From assembly GCF_028725585.1 (NCBI RefSeq), contig NZ_JAQYRV010000150.1: DNA of 64,000 nt; one strand, written 5' to 3'. A program made the position numbers and the translations under genes. Below are positions 1-9,500 of this stretch, piece after piece. This DNA comes from Ruminococcus flavefaciens. Lineage in GTDB: Bacteria; Bacillota; Clostridia; Oscillospirales; Ruminococcaceae. Under the pieces are notes generated by a model, which saw only the letters and a list, made by a program, of their open reading frames with translations, had not been told where the DNA came from and made no database searches. Position 1 is the stretch's first letter; every line of letters starts with the position of its first letter.

Positions 1-465
1 CTTAGAATACTTTGTATAGTTGTCAACTGTTACAACACCGCCAGGAGCTGCACCTGTGTATGTGTCATCGATCTGAATAGCAGCAGCTACACAAACGCCA
101 CCAACGCACTCTGCGTTCCAAGCCTTGTTCTTAGCCTTCTCCATGTAGTTGTCAACCTTGCTCTTGAACTCAGTTCCGTTATAAGTATAGCCATTAGAAG
201 CATTTGGAGTGAATGTACAAGCTGTAGACTTAGCAGCACATGCGATTTTCTGTACTCCGCCAGCTTCCTGTGACTCTTCATCAAGCTCTACGAGAGCTGT
301 GTTGATAGCCTTCTGGAGTGAGTTAGCTGCTGAGTTAGCTGAAGAAACCTTTGACTTCTTAACGTAACCGAGCATTGAAGGAACGAGGATTGCTGCGAGA
401 ACACCGATGATAGCGATAACAACGATGAGCTCAATAAGTGTAAAACCTTTTCTTGTAGTTTTCAT
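1..465 (-). CDS. pilA: Type IV major pilin, 3' end cut by the window edge (absent from ORF track)
   Basis: Manual translation from ATG at 465: MKTTRKG|FTLIELIVVIAIIGVLAAILVPSMLGYVKKSK... This is a class III signal peptide with F1 and E5. RBS AAGGAGG lies upstream, the frame is open to base 1, and it has its own strong promoter. Confidence 0.93.
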   Translation of the reverse strand, partial: MKTTRKGFTLIELIVVIAIIGVLAAILVPSMLGYVKKSKVSSANSAANSLQKAINTALVELDEESQEAGGVQKIACAAKSTACTFTPNASNGYTYNGTEFKSKVDNYMEKAKNKAWNAECVGGVCVAAAIQIDDTYTGAAPGGVVTVDNYTKYSK

Positions 466-568
466 AAGAAAACCCTCCTTAAATAATATAGATTTGTGAA
501 AGCCCTTGCTTTCACTTCATTTTTGGGTTTGGGATTTTTTTAACTCCCTTTCCTTTCCCTGTGATTAT

Positions 569-597
569 AGTATACCACCTTATTCATATAATGTCAA
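569..597 (-). promoter_or_regulatory. Sigma-A-type promoter of pilA
   Basis: Minus strand TTGACA (597-592), 17 bp spacer, TATACT (574-569), with TGn extended -10. Confidence 0.8.
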
Positions 598-1035
598 CAG
601 ATTTTGAAAAAAAAATCCATATATGAAGTCACTTTTTACATTGAAACGGTAAATCGGCATATTTTTTTTAGTGTTTCCGTCAAATTGCACAAGTTTCTGT
701 GAATAAGTTAATTGATAAATCTTGTTTTTGTTATATTCACAGTCAAGTATACATTTTGTATATGGGCATTTTGTCTTTCATATGAACATTTCATTGACAT
801 TTTACATTTTATTTTTGAATTTTTTCGAGTTGTTTTCGGACTACTGCACTTTTATAATTCTGCTTTTTCTTATCTCACTCTTTTAATTCTGTAATATTTT
901 ATTCATTTATAACGTTTGGTATACTTATTTGTAAACCAATTCCATCTAAAATATCACTGGTTATGCAACGATGTTCATATTTTTCTGCCGAAAATCCCGT
1001 GTTACGAAATTATGTCCTACTTATTTTATTTACAT

Positions 1036-1065
1036 AAAGAAAACCGTCGGACAAAAGTCCGACGG
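1036..1065 (-). terminator. Intrinsic terminator after pilT
   Basis: CCGTCGGAC-4 nt-GTCCGACGG (1044-1065), followed on the minus strand by TTTTCTTT. Confidence 0.85.
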
Positions 1066-1088
1066 CATTAGTTATTCTTATGCAGTTA

Positions 1089-2189
1089 TCAGCCCTGCAT
1101 TCCACCTCTGGGAGCTCCGCCCATCTGTGAAAGGAAGCGATAGAATTCCTGCTTGTCGAGGCACTTTTCGAGAGCATCGACTTCGCTGATAACGTTCTTG
1201 GATACGAGTCTTGCAAGCTCCATATCCAGAGACATCATGCCCTGCTGCTTACCTGTCTGGATAGCAGACTGAACAAGGTGGATCTTGTTATCACGGATCA
1301 TAGCCGAGATAGCGTCTGTAACGTTAAGGATTTCCATACAAGCAATACGTCCTGTACCGTCCTTCTTAGGAATAAGGGTCTGTGAAATAACAGCTACAAG
1401 GTTGTTAGCGAGCTGTGTTCTGATCTGCTGCTGCTGATGCTCAGGGTAAACGTCGATGATACGGTTAATAGTATCAGCTGCGGATGTTGTATGAAGTGTT
1501 GACATAACGAGATGTCCTGTTTCAGCGGCAGTTACAGCAGCCTGGATAGTCTCGAAGTCACGCATTTCTCCTACGAGGATAACATCTGGGTCCTCACGAA
1601 GTGCAGCTCTCAGAGCAAGAGCAAATGACGGAACGTCGTCGCCGATCTCTCTCTGGTTTACCATACATCTTTTATGCTCGTGAACGTACTCGATAGGATC
1701 CTCTACAGTTATAACATGAGCGCTTCTGTTAAGATTAACGAAGTCGATCATAGCTGCAAGAGTTGTAGATTTACCTGAACCGGTAGGTCCTGTTACGAGA
1801 ACAAGTCCACGAGGACGCATTGCGAAATCCGCAAGGATCGGAGGAAGTCCGAGATCCTCGAGTGTAGGGATATCATTTCTCAGAAGACGGATAGCGATAG
1901 CAGGCTTACCCTTCTGGAAGTATACGTTTACACGGTGACGGTAACCGCTTCTTGTTGTGAACGAGAAGTCAGTATCGTGGTGATTGTTTACGCTTGTCTG
2001 CTGAGCATCGTTTGTCATCTGATGAACGATATTGAGTATTTCTTCTTCATCCATTTCAGGATACTGTGAACGCATTGTTCTGAGTGTACCGTTAAGACGT
2101 ACAACAGGTGCGATCCTGTCTGTAAAATGAAGGTCAGAACAGCCGAGGAGTCTAACCTCGTCAAGTATTCTATGAATTTCTATTGCCAT
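1089..2189 (-). CDS. pilT: Type IV pilus retraction ATPase
   Basis: N-terminal SDLHF, Walker A GPTGSGKST, EDPIEY, LREDPDVILVGEMRD and TGHLVMSTLHT motifs; 366 aa. Confidence 0.95.
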   Translation of the reverse strand: MAIEIHRILDEVRLLGCSDLHFTDRIAPVVRLNGTLRTMRSQYPEMDEEEILNIVHQMTNDAQQTSVNNHHDTDFSFTTRSGYRHRVNVYFQKGKPAIAIRLLRNDIPTLEDLGLPPILADFAMRPRGLVLVTGPTGSGKSTTLAAMIDFVNLNRSAHVITVEDPIEYVHEHKRCMVNQREIGDDVPSFALALRAALREDPDVILVGEMRDFETIQAAVTAAETGHLVMSTLHTTSAADTINRIIDVYPEHQQQQIRTQLANNLVAVISQTLIPKKDGTGRIACMEILNVTDAISAMIRDNKIHLVQSAIQTGKQQGMMSLDMELARLVSKNVISEVDALEKCLDKQEFYRFLSQMGGAPRGGMQG

Positions 2190-2219
2190 GTTATTTTCCT
2201 CCCTATATAGATAAAGCCA

Positions 2220-3902
2220 TTATACTGTATATGTAGCTCTTACAAGCTCATCTATAGATGTTTCTCCTGCCATAACAAGCTCAGCAGCGTTGTCACGAAG
2301 AAGCTTTGTGCCGTTAGCCTTAGCAGCCTTTTCGATCTCTTCCTTAGTACCGCCTGCTGCGATGATAGAAGAAACAGTTGTTGTACAGTGAATGATCTCG
2401 TGGATAGCAGTTCTTCCTCTGTAGCCTGTGTTGTTGCATACAGGGCATCCGCCGGGCTCATAAATCTGGATAGAATGATCTAATCCCATGAGGTCACTTT
2501 CTTCGGGAGTTGACATTCTTGGCTTCTTACACTCAGGGCAGAGAACCTTAACAAGTCGCTGTGCGATAACACCGATAAGTGATGTAGCAACCATGTATGG
2601 AGCAACGCCCATATCAACAAGACGAACAACTGTAGAAGCAGCGTCGTTTGTATGAAGTGTGGAAAGAACCAAGTGTCCTGTGATAGCGGCACGGATACCG
2701 ATATCTGCTGTCTCGGTATCACGCATCTCACCGATCATTACTACGTCAGGGTCCTGACGGAGGATAGAACGAAGAGCTGCAGCGAATGTCATGCCGGCTT
2801 TCATGTTAACCTGACACTGGTTGATACCGTCGATAGCCTTTTCGACAGGGTCCTCAACTGTTACGACGTTTACGTTTGGCTTAGCGATCTCACCAAGTGC
2901 AGCGTAAAGTGTAGTTGTTTTACCTGAACCGGTAGGTCCTGTTACGAGGATAACGCCGTGAGGAACTCTCAGCATTGACTCGAACAGTGTATAGTTGTAA
3001 TCAGACATACCGAGATCCGTGATCTTACGGAGTGCGATCTGTCCTGTTGAAAGAATTCGGATAACGATCTTTTCACCGTGTACCATAGGAAGTGAAGATA
3101 CACGGACATCAAGTGTTGTTCCGTCAACGACCTGTGTGAAACGGCCGTCCTGAGGTATTCTCTTTTCAGCGATGTTCATGCCGCTGATAAGCTTGAAACG
3201 TGTTGTGAGCGCACTATGAACTGCACTGGAAATATTCATGAGTTCAACGAGGTCGCCGTTTACACGGATACGTATTCTTGTATACTTGTCAAATGGCTCG
3301 ATATGAATATCGGTAGCGTCTGCTCTGTAAGAGTTTTCTACGATAGTTGTTGCAAGCTTAACGATAGGAGCACTTTCAACTCTGTCCTTAGACTCGATAT
3401 CAGCCTCAGTCATCTCACCAAGGTCGCCGCCCATACCTGCAACACCTTCGAGAACGCTGTCAACATTCTGCATTGAATAACACTTACCAATAGCCTTATT
3501 GATAGCTGATGTTGTTGCAAGAACAGGAACGGTATCCATACCTGTAGAAACCTTGATGTCTTCGAGGACGATAAAGTTTACAGGATCGTTTGTAGCTACT
3601 GTAAGACGCTTACCTTGTACATTGATAGCGATTACAGTGTGCTTTCTTGCAAGAGCCTCAGGTACCATCTGTACAGCATCGGTATTGATCTCGATATTGT
3701 CAAGGTCAACGTACTGAACTCTCAGGTTTCCTGCAAGTGCTTTTGCGAAATTAACTTCTGACATGAATCCCAGCTCAACAACTACGTCACCAAATTTCTT
3801 TGATCCGTTTGATGCTTTCTGAGCTTCAAGTACCTGCTGAAGCTGTTCGCTTGTGATCAGCCCTTGATTGACTAAGTAGTCACCAATTCTCTCGTTTCTC
3901 AT
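2220..3902 (-). CDS. pilB: Type IV pilus assembly ATPase with N-terminal MshEN motif
   Basis: DIHIEP, IAEKRIPQDG, GPTGSGKTT, LRQDPD motifs and a tetracysteine Zn motif (CPEC...CPVC). N-terminus begins RIGDYLVNQGLIT. Confidence 0.95.
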   Translation of the reverse strand: MRNERIGDYLVNQGLITSEQLQQVLEAQKASNGSKKFGDVVVELGFMSEVNFAKALAGNLRVQYVDLDNIEINTDAVQMVPEALARKHTVIAINVQGKRLTVATNDPVNFIVLEDIKVSTGMDTVPVLATTSAINKAIGKCYSMQNVDSVLEGVAGMGGDLGEMTEADIESKDRVESAPIVKLATTIVENSYRADATDIHIEPFDKYTRIRIRVNGDLVELMNISSAVHSALTTRFKLISGMNIAEKRIPQDGRFTQVVDGTTLDVRVSSLPMVHGEKIVIRILSTGQIALRKITDLGMSDYNYTLFESMLRVPHGVILVTGPTGSGKTTTLYAALGEIAKPNVNVVTVEDPVEKAIDGINQCQVNMKAGMTFAAALRSILRQDPDVVMIGEMRDTETADIGIRAAITGHLVLSTLHTNDAASTVVRLVDMGVAPYMVATSLIGVIAQRLVKVLCPECKKPRMSTPEESDLMGLDHSIQIYEPGGCPVCNNTGYRGRTAIHEIIHCTTTVSSIIAAGGTKEEIEKAAKANGTKLLRDNAAELVMAGETSIDELVRATYTV

Positions 3903-3970
3903 AAAAAACCTCCGCTTATTTTCTGAATATCATGCGTATCCGTCATACCCATAATATTCTAAAATTGTAC

Positions 3971-3998
3971 TTGAATTTTCCATAATTTATGTTATAAT
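3971..3998 (+). promoter_or_regulatory. Putative promoter of pilD
   Basis: TTGAAT (3971-3976), 16 bp spacer, TATAAT (3993-3998), with TGn extended -10. Confidence 0.6.
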
Positions 3999-4037
3999 AA
4001 GATTATGTACATTTTAATATGAAGGAGGGGTAAAATC

Positions 4038-4919
4038 ATGTTTGAATTTGAAAATATGCTCCACGATGAATTTACCGAGCTACCTTTCAAGATCATGTTT
4101 TACGTCATCATTTTCCTGTTTGGCATTTGTATCGGAAGCTTCCTCAACGTCGTCATTTTAAGACTGCCTGCCGGCAAGTCGATACTCGGAATAGGCAAGA
4201 CCAAAGAGGACAAGGAAAAAGCTTCTCACTGCATGACCTGTGGTGCTAAGATCAGACCCATTGACCTGATACCTGTTTTCAGCTGGCTTATGCTGAGGGG
4301 AAAATGTCATAACTGCGGTCAGAAGATCTCACCGCGTTACCCGATCGTAGAGTCGCTCAATGGTATCCTCTACGTTCTGACGTTCTTTGCTTTGGATATT
4401 AATGTTAAATCCATAATAACCTGCGTTCTCATGTCTTTCCTTATTTGTATAGGATTTATCGACTGGGACACTAAGGATATTTACATCAGCATGATCGCTG
4501 TAATACTTATCCTTTCCGTTCCGCTTCACCTCTTCTACTCACGGGAGTATGGAGATGTTACTCTCAAGAGCCGCATCATCGGCGCATTTATCATCAGTGT
4601 ACCATTCTTTATCATCGGAGAAGTCAGCCGACCGATCATCAGAAAGAAATTCGGTGAAGACTTCCGAGCAATTGAACTTGGCGATACATATCTGATGTTT
4701 GCCGCAGGTGCATTTCTTGGAACACAAGCTGTTATCGTTTCAACATTTATCGGTATTATTGTTGCAGCCATTGGCGGACTTATCGTAAAGATGGTCACCA
4801 AAGACTCAAAGTTTGCATTTGGTCCATTCCTTGCTATCGGAATAGCCATCGGTTCACTGTGGGGATCACAGATTGCTCAATGGTATCTTAGCATTCCCGA
4901 AAGGATCAGCGGAAACTGA
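4038..4919 (+). CDS. pilD: Prepilin peptidase / N-methyltransferase
   Basis: GSFLNVVILRLP, CxxC pairs (SHCMTC, GKCHNC), ISPRYP, aspartate motifs FIDW and LGD, C-terminal FAFGPFLAIG. Confidence 0.95.
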   Translation: MFEFENMLHDEFTELPFKIMFYVIIFLFGICIGSFLNVVILRLPAGKSILGIGKTKEDKEKASHCMTCGAKIRPIDLIPVFSWLMLRGKCHNCGQKISPRYPIVESLNGILYVLTFFALDINVKSIITCVLMSFLICIGFIDWDTKDIYISMIAVILILSVPLHLFYSREYGDVTLKSRIIGAFIISVPFFIIGEVSRPIIRKKFGEDFRAIELGDTYLMFAAGAFLGTQAVIVSTFIGIIVAAIGGLIVKMVTKDSKFAFGPFLAIGIAIGSLWGSQIAQWYLSIPERISGN

Positions 4920-4929
4920 ACTCCGAGAA

Positions 4930-4980
4930 AAAACAAAAAAATAAGTACAGGCAGCAGCATTGACTGCTGCCTGTTTTTTA
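4930..4980. terminator. Bidirectional intrinsic terminator between pilD and the minor pilin operon
   Basis: ACAGGCAGCAG-6 nt-CTGCTGCCTGT (4947-4974), with a T-tract on + and an A-rich tract upstream. Confidence 0.85.
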
Positions 4981-4984
4981 CTTA

Positions 4985-6013
4985 TTAAACAAGTTCGTCA
5001 GGATATGCAAATACAAAATAGATATCGTTATTGAAGTCTGTTGTGTTATTTGCAAATGAAGCAAATCCGGGACCACATTCTGCTGTTGACTGCAGAGTTA
5101 TATTTCCGTTTACCCTCTTATATCTCTTTACACCATAAGATGTTGTTGTACCTTCAGCTTTTGTTCTGAAGTTGATATTTGTAAGCGGGAGATTTGCAAT
5201 CTGAACTGCTACAGGCGATTTGAACGCTCTGTAAGTAAATGCTCCTGATGAACCATTCACGCTGACATCTACATAACCTGAATGCGTCTTATCCTTATCA
5301 AGTACGATAGAGATACCGACATTTGTTGCAGATAATCCTGTAGTATCATTGCTGTAATCCTTTTTCAGAGCCTTATACGTGTCATTTTCTCCATTAGGAT
5401 TAGGAACATTTACAAGTACATCCGAACCAAGTGCATAGCTGAAGCTATAAGCTGAATCCTTAGCATCGAAGAATGCAGGATTGAGCATATCTTCTTCAGT
5501 AAATGTTGTTGAAGTAGGAATAGGCTGATTGTTTTCAAACTTAAACATACTTCTTGTGATCTGTCCCTGCTTATGATTAGGATCACTTGCAGTATTGACA
5601 AGACGGATCACATAGATGATTCCCTTTACAGGATTTTCAGAAGTACCATTATATGATATTACTCCATTATAATGATCTTTTCTGAATTTTTCAGCAATAG
5701 CTGCTACCTCAGAAGAGTCGACCGTACCGTTTTGATTAGGTGTGAGAATAAGTCCTCCGGCAACATCTGTTATAGGATCCTTGTCGATCTTATCTGATGT
5801 GTAGACATAAAGACTGTCGGAATATTCAAGAGCACCTTGTAAGTACTCTTGAATATTATTTGCATACGAATAGGTTTTTTCCTGAAGACTGGTCTTGCTG
5901 AACATTCTTGAAACAGGGCGGGTAAGCGCCATAGTAGCTAAAAGCAGTATTGAAAATATTGCCATAACTATGATCAGTTCTATGAGGGTGAAACCTTTTT
6001 TGATCTTATTCAT
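4985..6013 (-). CDS. Minor type IV pilin (PilW/PilJ-like), 342 aa
   Basis: MNKIKKG|FTLIELIIVMAIF class III signal with E5; last gene of the pilC operon. Confidence 0.85.
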   Translation of the reverse strand: MNKIKKGFTLIELIIVMAIFSILLLATMALTRPVSRMFSKTSLQEKTYSYANNIQEYLQGALEYSDSLYVYTSDKIDKDPITDVAGGLILTPNQNGTVDSSEVAAIAEKFRKDHYNGVISYNGTSENPVKGIIYVIRLVNTASDPNHKQGQITRSMFKFENNQPIPTSTTFTEEDMLNPAFFDAKDSAYSFSYALGSDVLVNVPNPNGENDTYKALKKDYSNDTTGLSATNVGISIVLDKDKTHSGYVDVSVNGSSGAFTYRAFKSPVAVQIANLPLTNINFRTKAEGTTTSYGVKRYKRVNGNITLQSTAECGPGFASFANNTTDFNNDIYFVFAYPDELV

Positions 6014-6031
6014 ATTACGTCCACCTCCACA

Positions 6032-6538
6032 TTATGTCGTAGTAGTTGTTGTAGCAACTGCTGTTGTTGTAGTAACTGTGGTCTGGATCTGAATAAACTG
6101 TAAATTAAGATTTCCGTCAGGAGACCTCTTAGCGTCATTTATCTGCTTAGCTGTTCTTCCGTCAATATAAATATCTTCTGTGTTATACTTATTACCCTTC
6201 ATGGTAATTGTCGGATTATCATAAGACTTTTTATCAGCGCCCTTACTCGGATCATTTTTATCCTTAGCAACATAATAGTCGCCTTTTCCGCTGATAGATA
6301 CAGTGATATCCACATCTACAGGAGTAAGACTCTTACCGCTGCCGTAATTTACGACACCGTTTGCTGCATAAGGGGATTCCTTTGATATCTTGAGCTTCAT
6401 ATCATTTGTAGCCTTATTCTTTGCATCGATATGAGTACCGACAAGAATGAGAAGTCCGCCCATCATTGCAAAGATAGCAATTGAAATGATCATCTCGACC
6501 AGAGTCATGCCCTTAACTTTTTTATTACGTTTTTTCAT
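6032..6538 (-). CDS. Minor type IV pilin (PilV-like) with Thr-rich C-terminal tail
   Basis: KVKG|MTLVEMIISIAIFAMMGG class III signal with E5; ends TTVTTTTAVATTTTTT. Confidence 0.85.
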   Translation of the reverse strand: MKKRNKKVKGMTLVEMIISIAIFAMMGGLLILVGTHIDAKNKATNDMKLKISKESPYAANGVVNYGSGKSLTPVDVDITVSISGKGDYYVAKDKNDPSKGADKKSYDNPTITMKGNKYNTEDIYIDGRTAKQINDAKRSPDGNLNLQFIQIQTTVTTTTAVATTTTTT

Positions 6539-6553
6539 AAGAACATTCCTCCT

Positions 6554-9500
6554 TTATGAACCTGCAAAGTAGCCAAGCTCATAGTATCCAAGTGCTGTGT
6601 TAAAGCCTGCACTCTGTCCGCCGCCGCTTTTACCTGACTGACCGGACTCTGTGTAGTAAAGACCAAAACCATTCTGGCATTCTTCAATGTCACTGAAAAG
6701 CGCATTTCCTACTATTGGCGGTTTATTATTAGTAATGTCAATACTTGTTACTTCAGTGTCAGTCTTCCAGTTTACGCCGTATTCATCTGTATAGTCCGCT
6801 GTATAGATACCATTATGAGTAGCTTTGTATGTTGTGAACGGACACTTGAATGAACCTGTGAACTGGCATTGCTGATCACATACAATTTTTGTATTTTTCT
6901 CGCCAAAGAATTCAATACCCCAGTCCTTTTTGTAATCAAACGCTACACCGTCTTTGAGTTCCTTATTTACTATTGCAGAACCCTTAAGATTTAATGTACC
7001 CTTTATAAGGAAGCAAACTTTACCTTCCTGAAGTCCGTTAGCTGGATTTGTAAGATCAACGATAATCTCACGGTAAGTACTCTGGTCCTTTCCGTCAAGC
7101 TTGAAGTTATCAAGAACTACCCAGATTTCTTTTCCCTCCGGATTAATCGTAATAACCTCAGGAGCAATGCCCTTTAAAGTACAATCTTCTTTGATATAGC
7201 CGTTTGAAGACCATACATCAGTATTTCTCTGCACTGGATTTGTTTTTACATATGCATTCTTTGAACAATCATGGCCTGATGGAACTTTTGTGAGATATAC
7301 ATTCTCGCTAAAACCTTTTGCGACGTAATCATAGTCCATTTCTTTTCTTACTTCGTCAAGATTCTTTATTATCTTAGTCTTTGCATCAGCAGGTGTAAAC
7401 TTACCAGCCTGATCGTATGTACCATAGATATTCTCACGCTTCATTGACTCAGGATAAGCCTCAGCGCCATAGCTTGCATACGATGTGATCTTTGACGCAT
7501 CAAAACCTGAGTCCTTCTTAGTATGAGTTGCCTCATATTCACTTACAAGCTGCTGATCAGATTCTCTGTAATATGCAACTGCAAAACCAACTCTTTCATT
7601 TGTTGTTTCACCATCAAAATTTTTCAGAAGATAATATGCATCCTGATGTGTCCAAGTCTCAGCATCTGTAAGAAGTGTCTGTGACTCTGAATCATACCAC
7701 ATAAAATCATCTGCTGATTGTATAGATGTTTCTCTGTATATAGGATCTCCTGCTGTATCTGTTCCAACAACAACAAGATATACAGGGTAACTCTTCATGA
7801 CACCATCATCAATATGAGCTGTATACCATTCATTTACATACTCATCATGATATTTATGAGGCAGTTCATTTTCTAATTTTCCGCTGTCAACATTAATAAA
7901 TGTCTTTAATGCGTAAGTTGTCTTATCATCCCATGTACCTAACTGACCATTTTTAGCGCTCGTTATGATGTCATCAACATTACCGACGAATGTATAAGCT
8001 TCGTCTGTAAAGTTTTCGTCAGCATATGCATATGTAAATGAACCATCATCATTGTTTTGATAAAGCTTCATACCGGGAGCATATTCTGCATTCCATGTGT
8101 AATAGAGTGTCTTCCATGCTTCTTCGTCTTCTCCGCCCGGAGTTTTGCCCTCATGAGAACCGACATTCCATTCAAGCAGATCACGAGTAGGTAAAGTTTT
8201 CTTTTGAAGGTTTCCAAGCTGTGTATCAGAAGCTTCAACATATTCATTGTTGTAGCTTCTGTAACCTGATGTACCTGCATTAGCACCAAAAACATGGTCA
8301 CAATAGATCTTATTTACGCTCTTAAGATGGCTTTTTCCTGCGCTTTCTTCTTCAATGTAAAGATTTCCTTTAACAATAAGATCACCATTAATAGTAGTAT
8401 TTTTATTGATAACGCAATCGCCCATAACTCTTACATCACCATCAATAGTTATAGCTCCTATTGTAAGGTTACCATTACAGTAAATATTACCGCCGTGTGA
8501 CGCAATAAGATCTTCTGTCTTGTCGCATGTAGCAACATTTTCTGCCCATCTATAAAGATTATTGCTTCCGCTGCTCTTTATAATGTTATCTCCTGCGGTC
8601 AATGTTATATCGCCTTGATCTGTTTCAATTTTATAAGTCTTTCTGGGATTATACTCATCCATTAAGTACAGATCACCATTTATACTAAGATTATTCTCAG
8701 TTTCTATAGTACCTGCAAAAACATTGAATGGCTGATCTATGTCACCCGAAGTATCCTCAAGATCTACAATAGTTATAGTTGATTTGAAATACATTCCGCC
8801 ATCAACATATAAATATGGTATCTGCTTTTGAGTATAGTTCGAAGTCATCTTATACTGTGACATAAGTTGAACAAGTGGATTATTAGGAACAAACAGACTT
8901 CCATTGATGACTGTTTCTGAACAAGGTGTTGAACCTGAATCCTTTACCTTTATTGATAATGAACCTGTTTTAGCAAAAAGATCACCATTTACAAAAGTAA
9001 GTGAAGTCTCTGCTGTACAAGCATTATTAAGCAAGAAAGTAGATGGTGAGCTGTTTTTAAGACCTACACCAAGACCACCTGTGAACATACCACCGTTTGC
9101 GAATGAACCGTCACCGGCAGTGTTAAGGCCCTTGATCTTAGATGTCTGAGGAACATTAGTTCCGCTTGAGCCCTTCTTCTTTATGTAAGCAGAAATTGTA
9201 GCCTCTTCCTTAGCAACACGGCAGGTTGCTGTTATCTTAACAGTCTCTACCTCTGTCCACTTAGGACCTGAGCCGTCGTCCATGTATACCCAGTTTGTTT
9301 CCTTATGGAAATAAGCTGGATCACCTTCATGACCGGCATCGTAATAGCCCATTGGCTCTACGATAATCCTGTTTGCGTGCCATGTGTTGGAAGAATCGTA
9401 ATATCCTACAACACCCATAGTGTTATCAGGATTTGTTCCCGGAGCTGCAGGAGCTGAATTCTTAATAGTTACTTCGGGGTAAAGCGGACCTGTCATATTC

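Noticed and set aside
87-284. 65-aa minus-strand ORF in the track, and the many short ORFs overlapping long genes (e.g. 14138-14557, 19515-20243, 31938-32435, 51302-51796)
   Set aside because: They are alternative-frame or antisense shadows of well-supported genes, with no RBS or motifs. 87-284 lies out of frame within pilA.
670-695. CCGTCAAATTGCACAA and loosely similar words at 13786 and 43727 as a shared operator
   Set aside because: Matches are too degenerate to define a motif from this window alone.
466-1035. c-di-GMP riboswitch upstream of pilA, by analogy with C. difficile
   Set aside because: I could not match class I or class II consensus features by eye. An Infernal scan would be decisive.
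712-1216. Short ORFs in the pilA-pilT intergenic region
   Set aside because: AT-rich low-complexity translations with no RBS; some overlap the pilT end and terminator.
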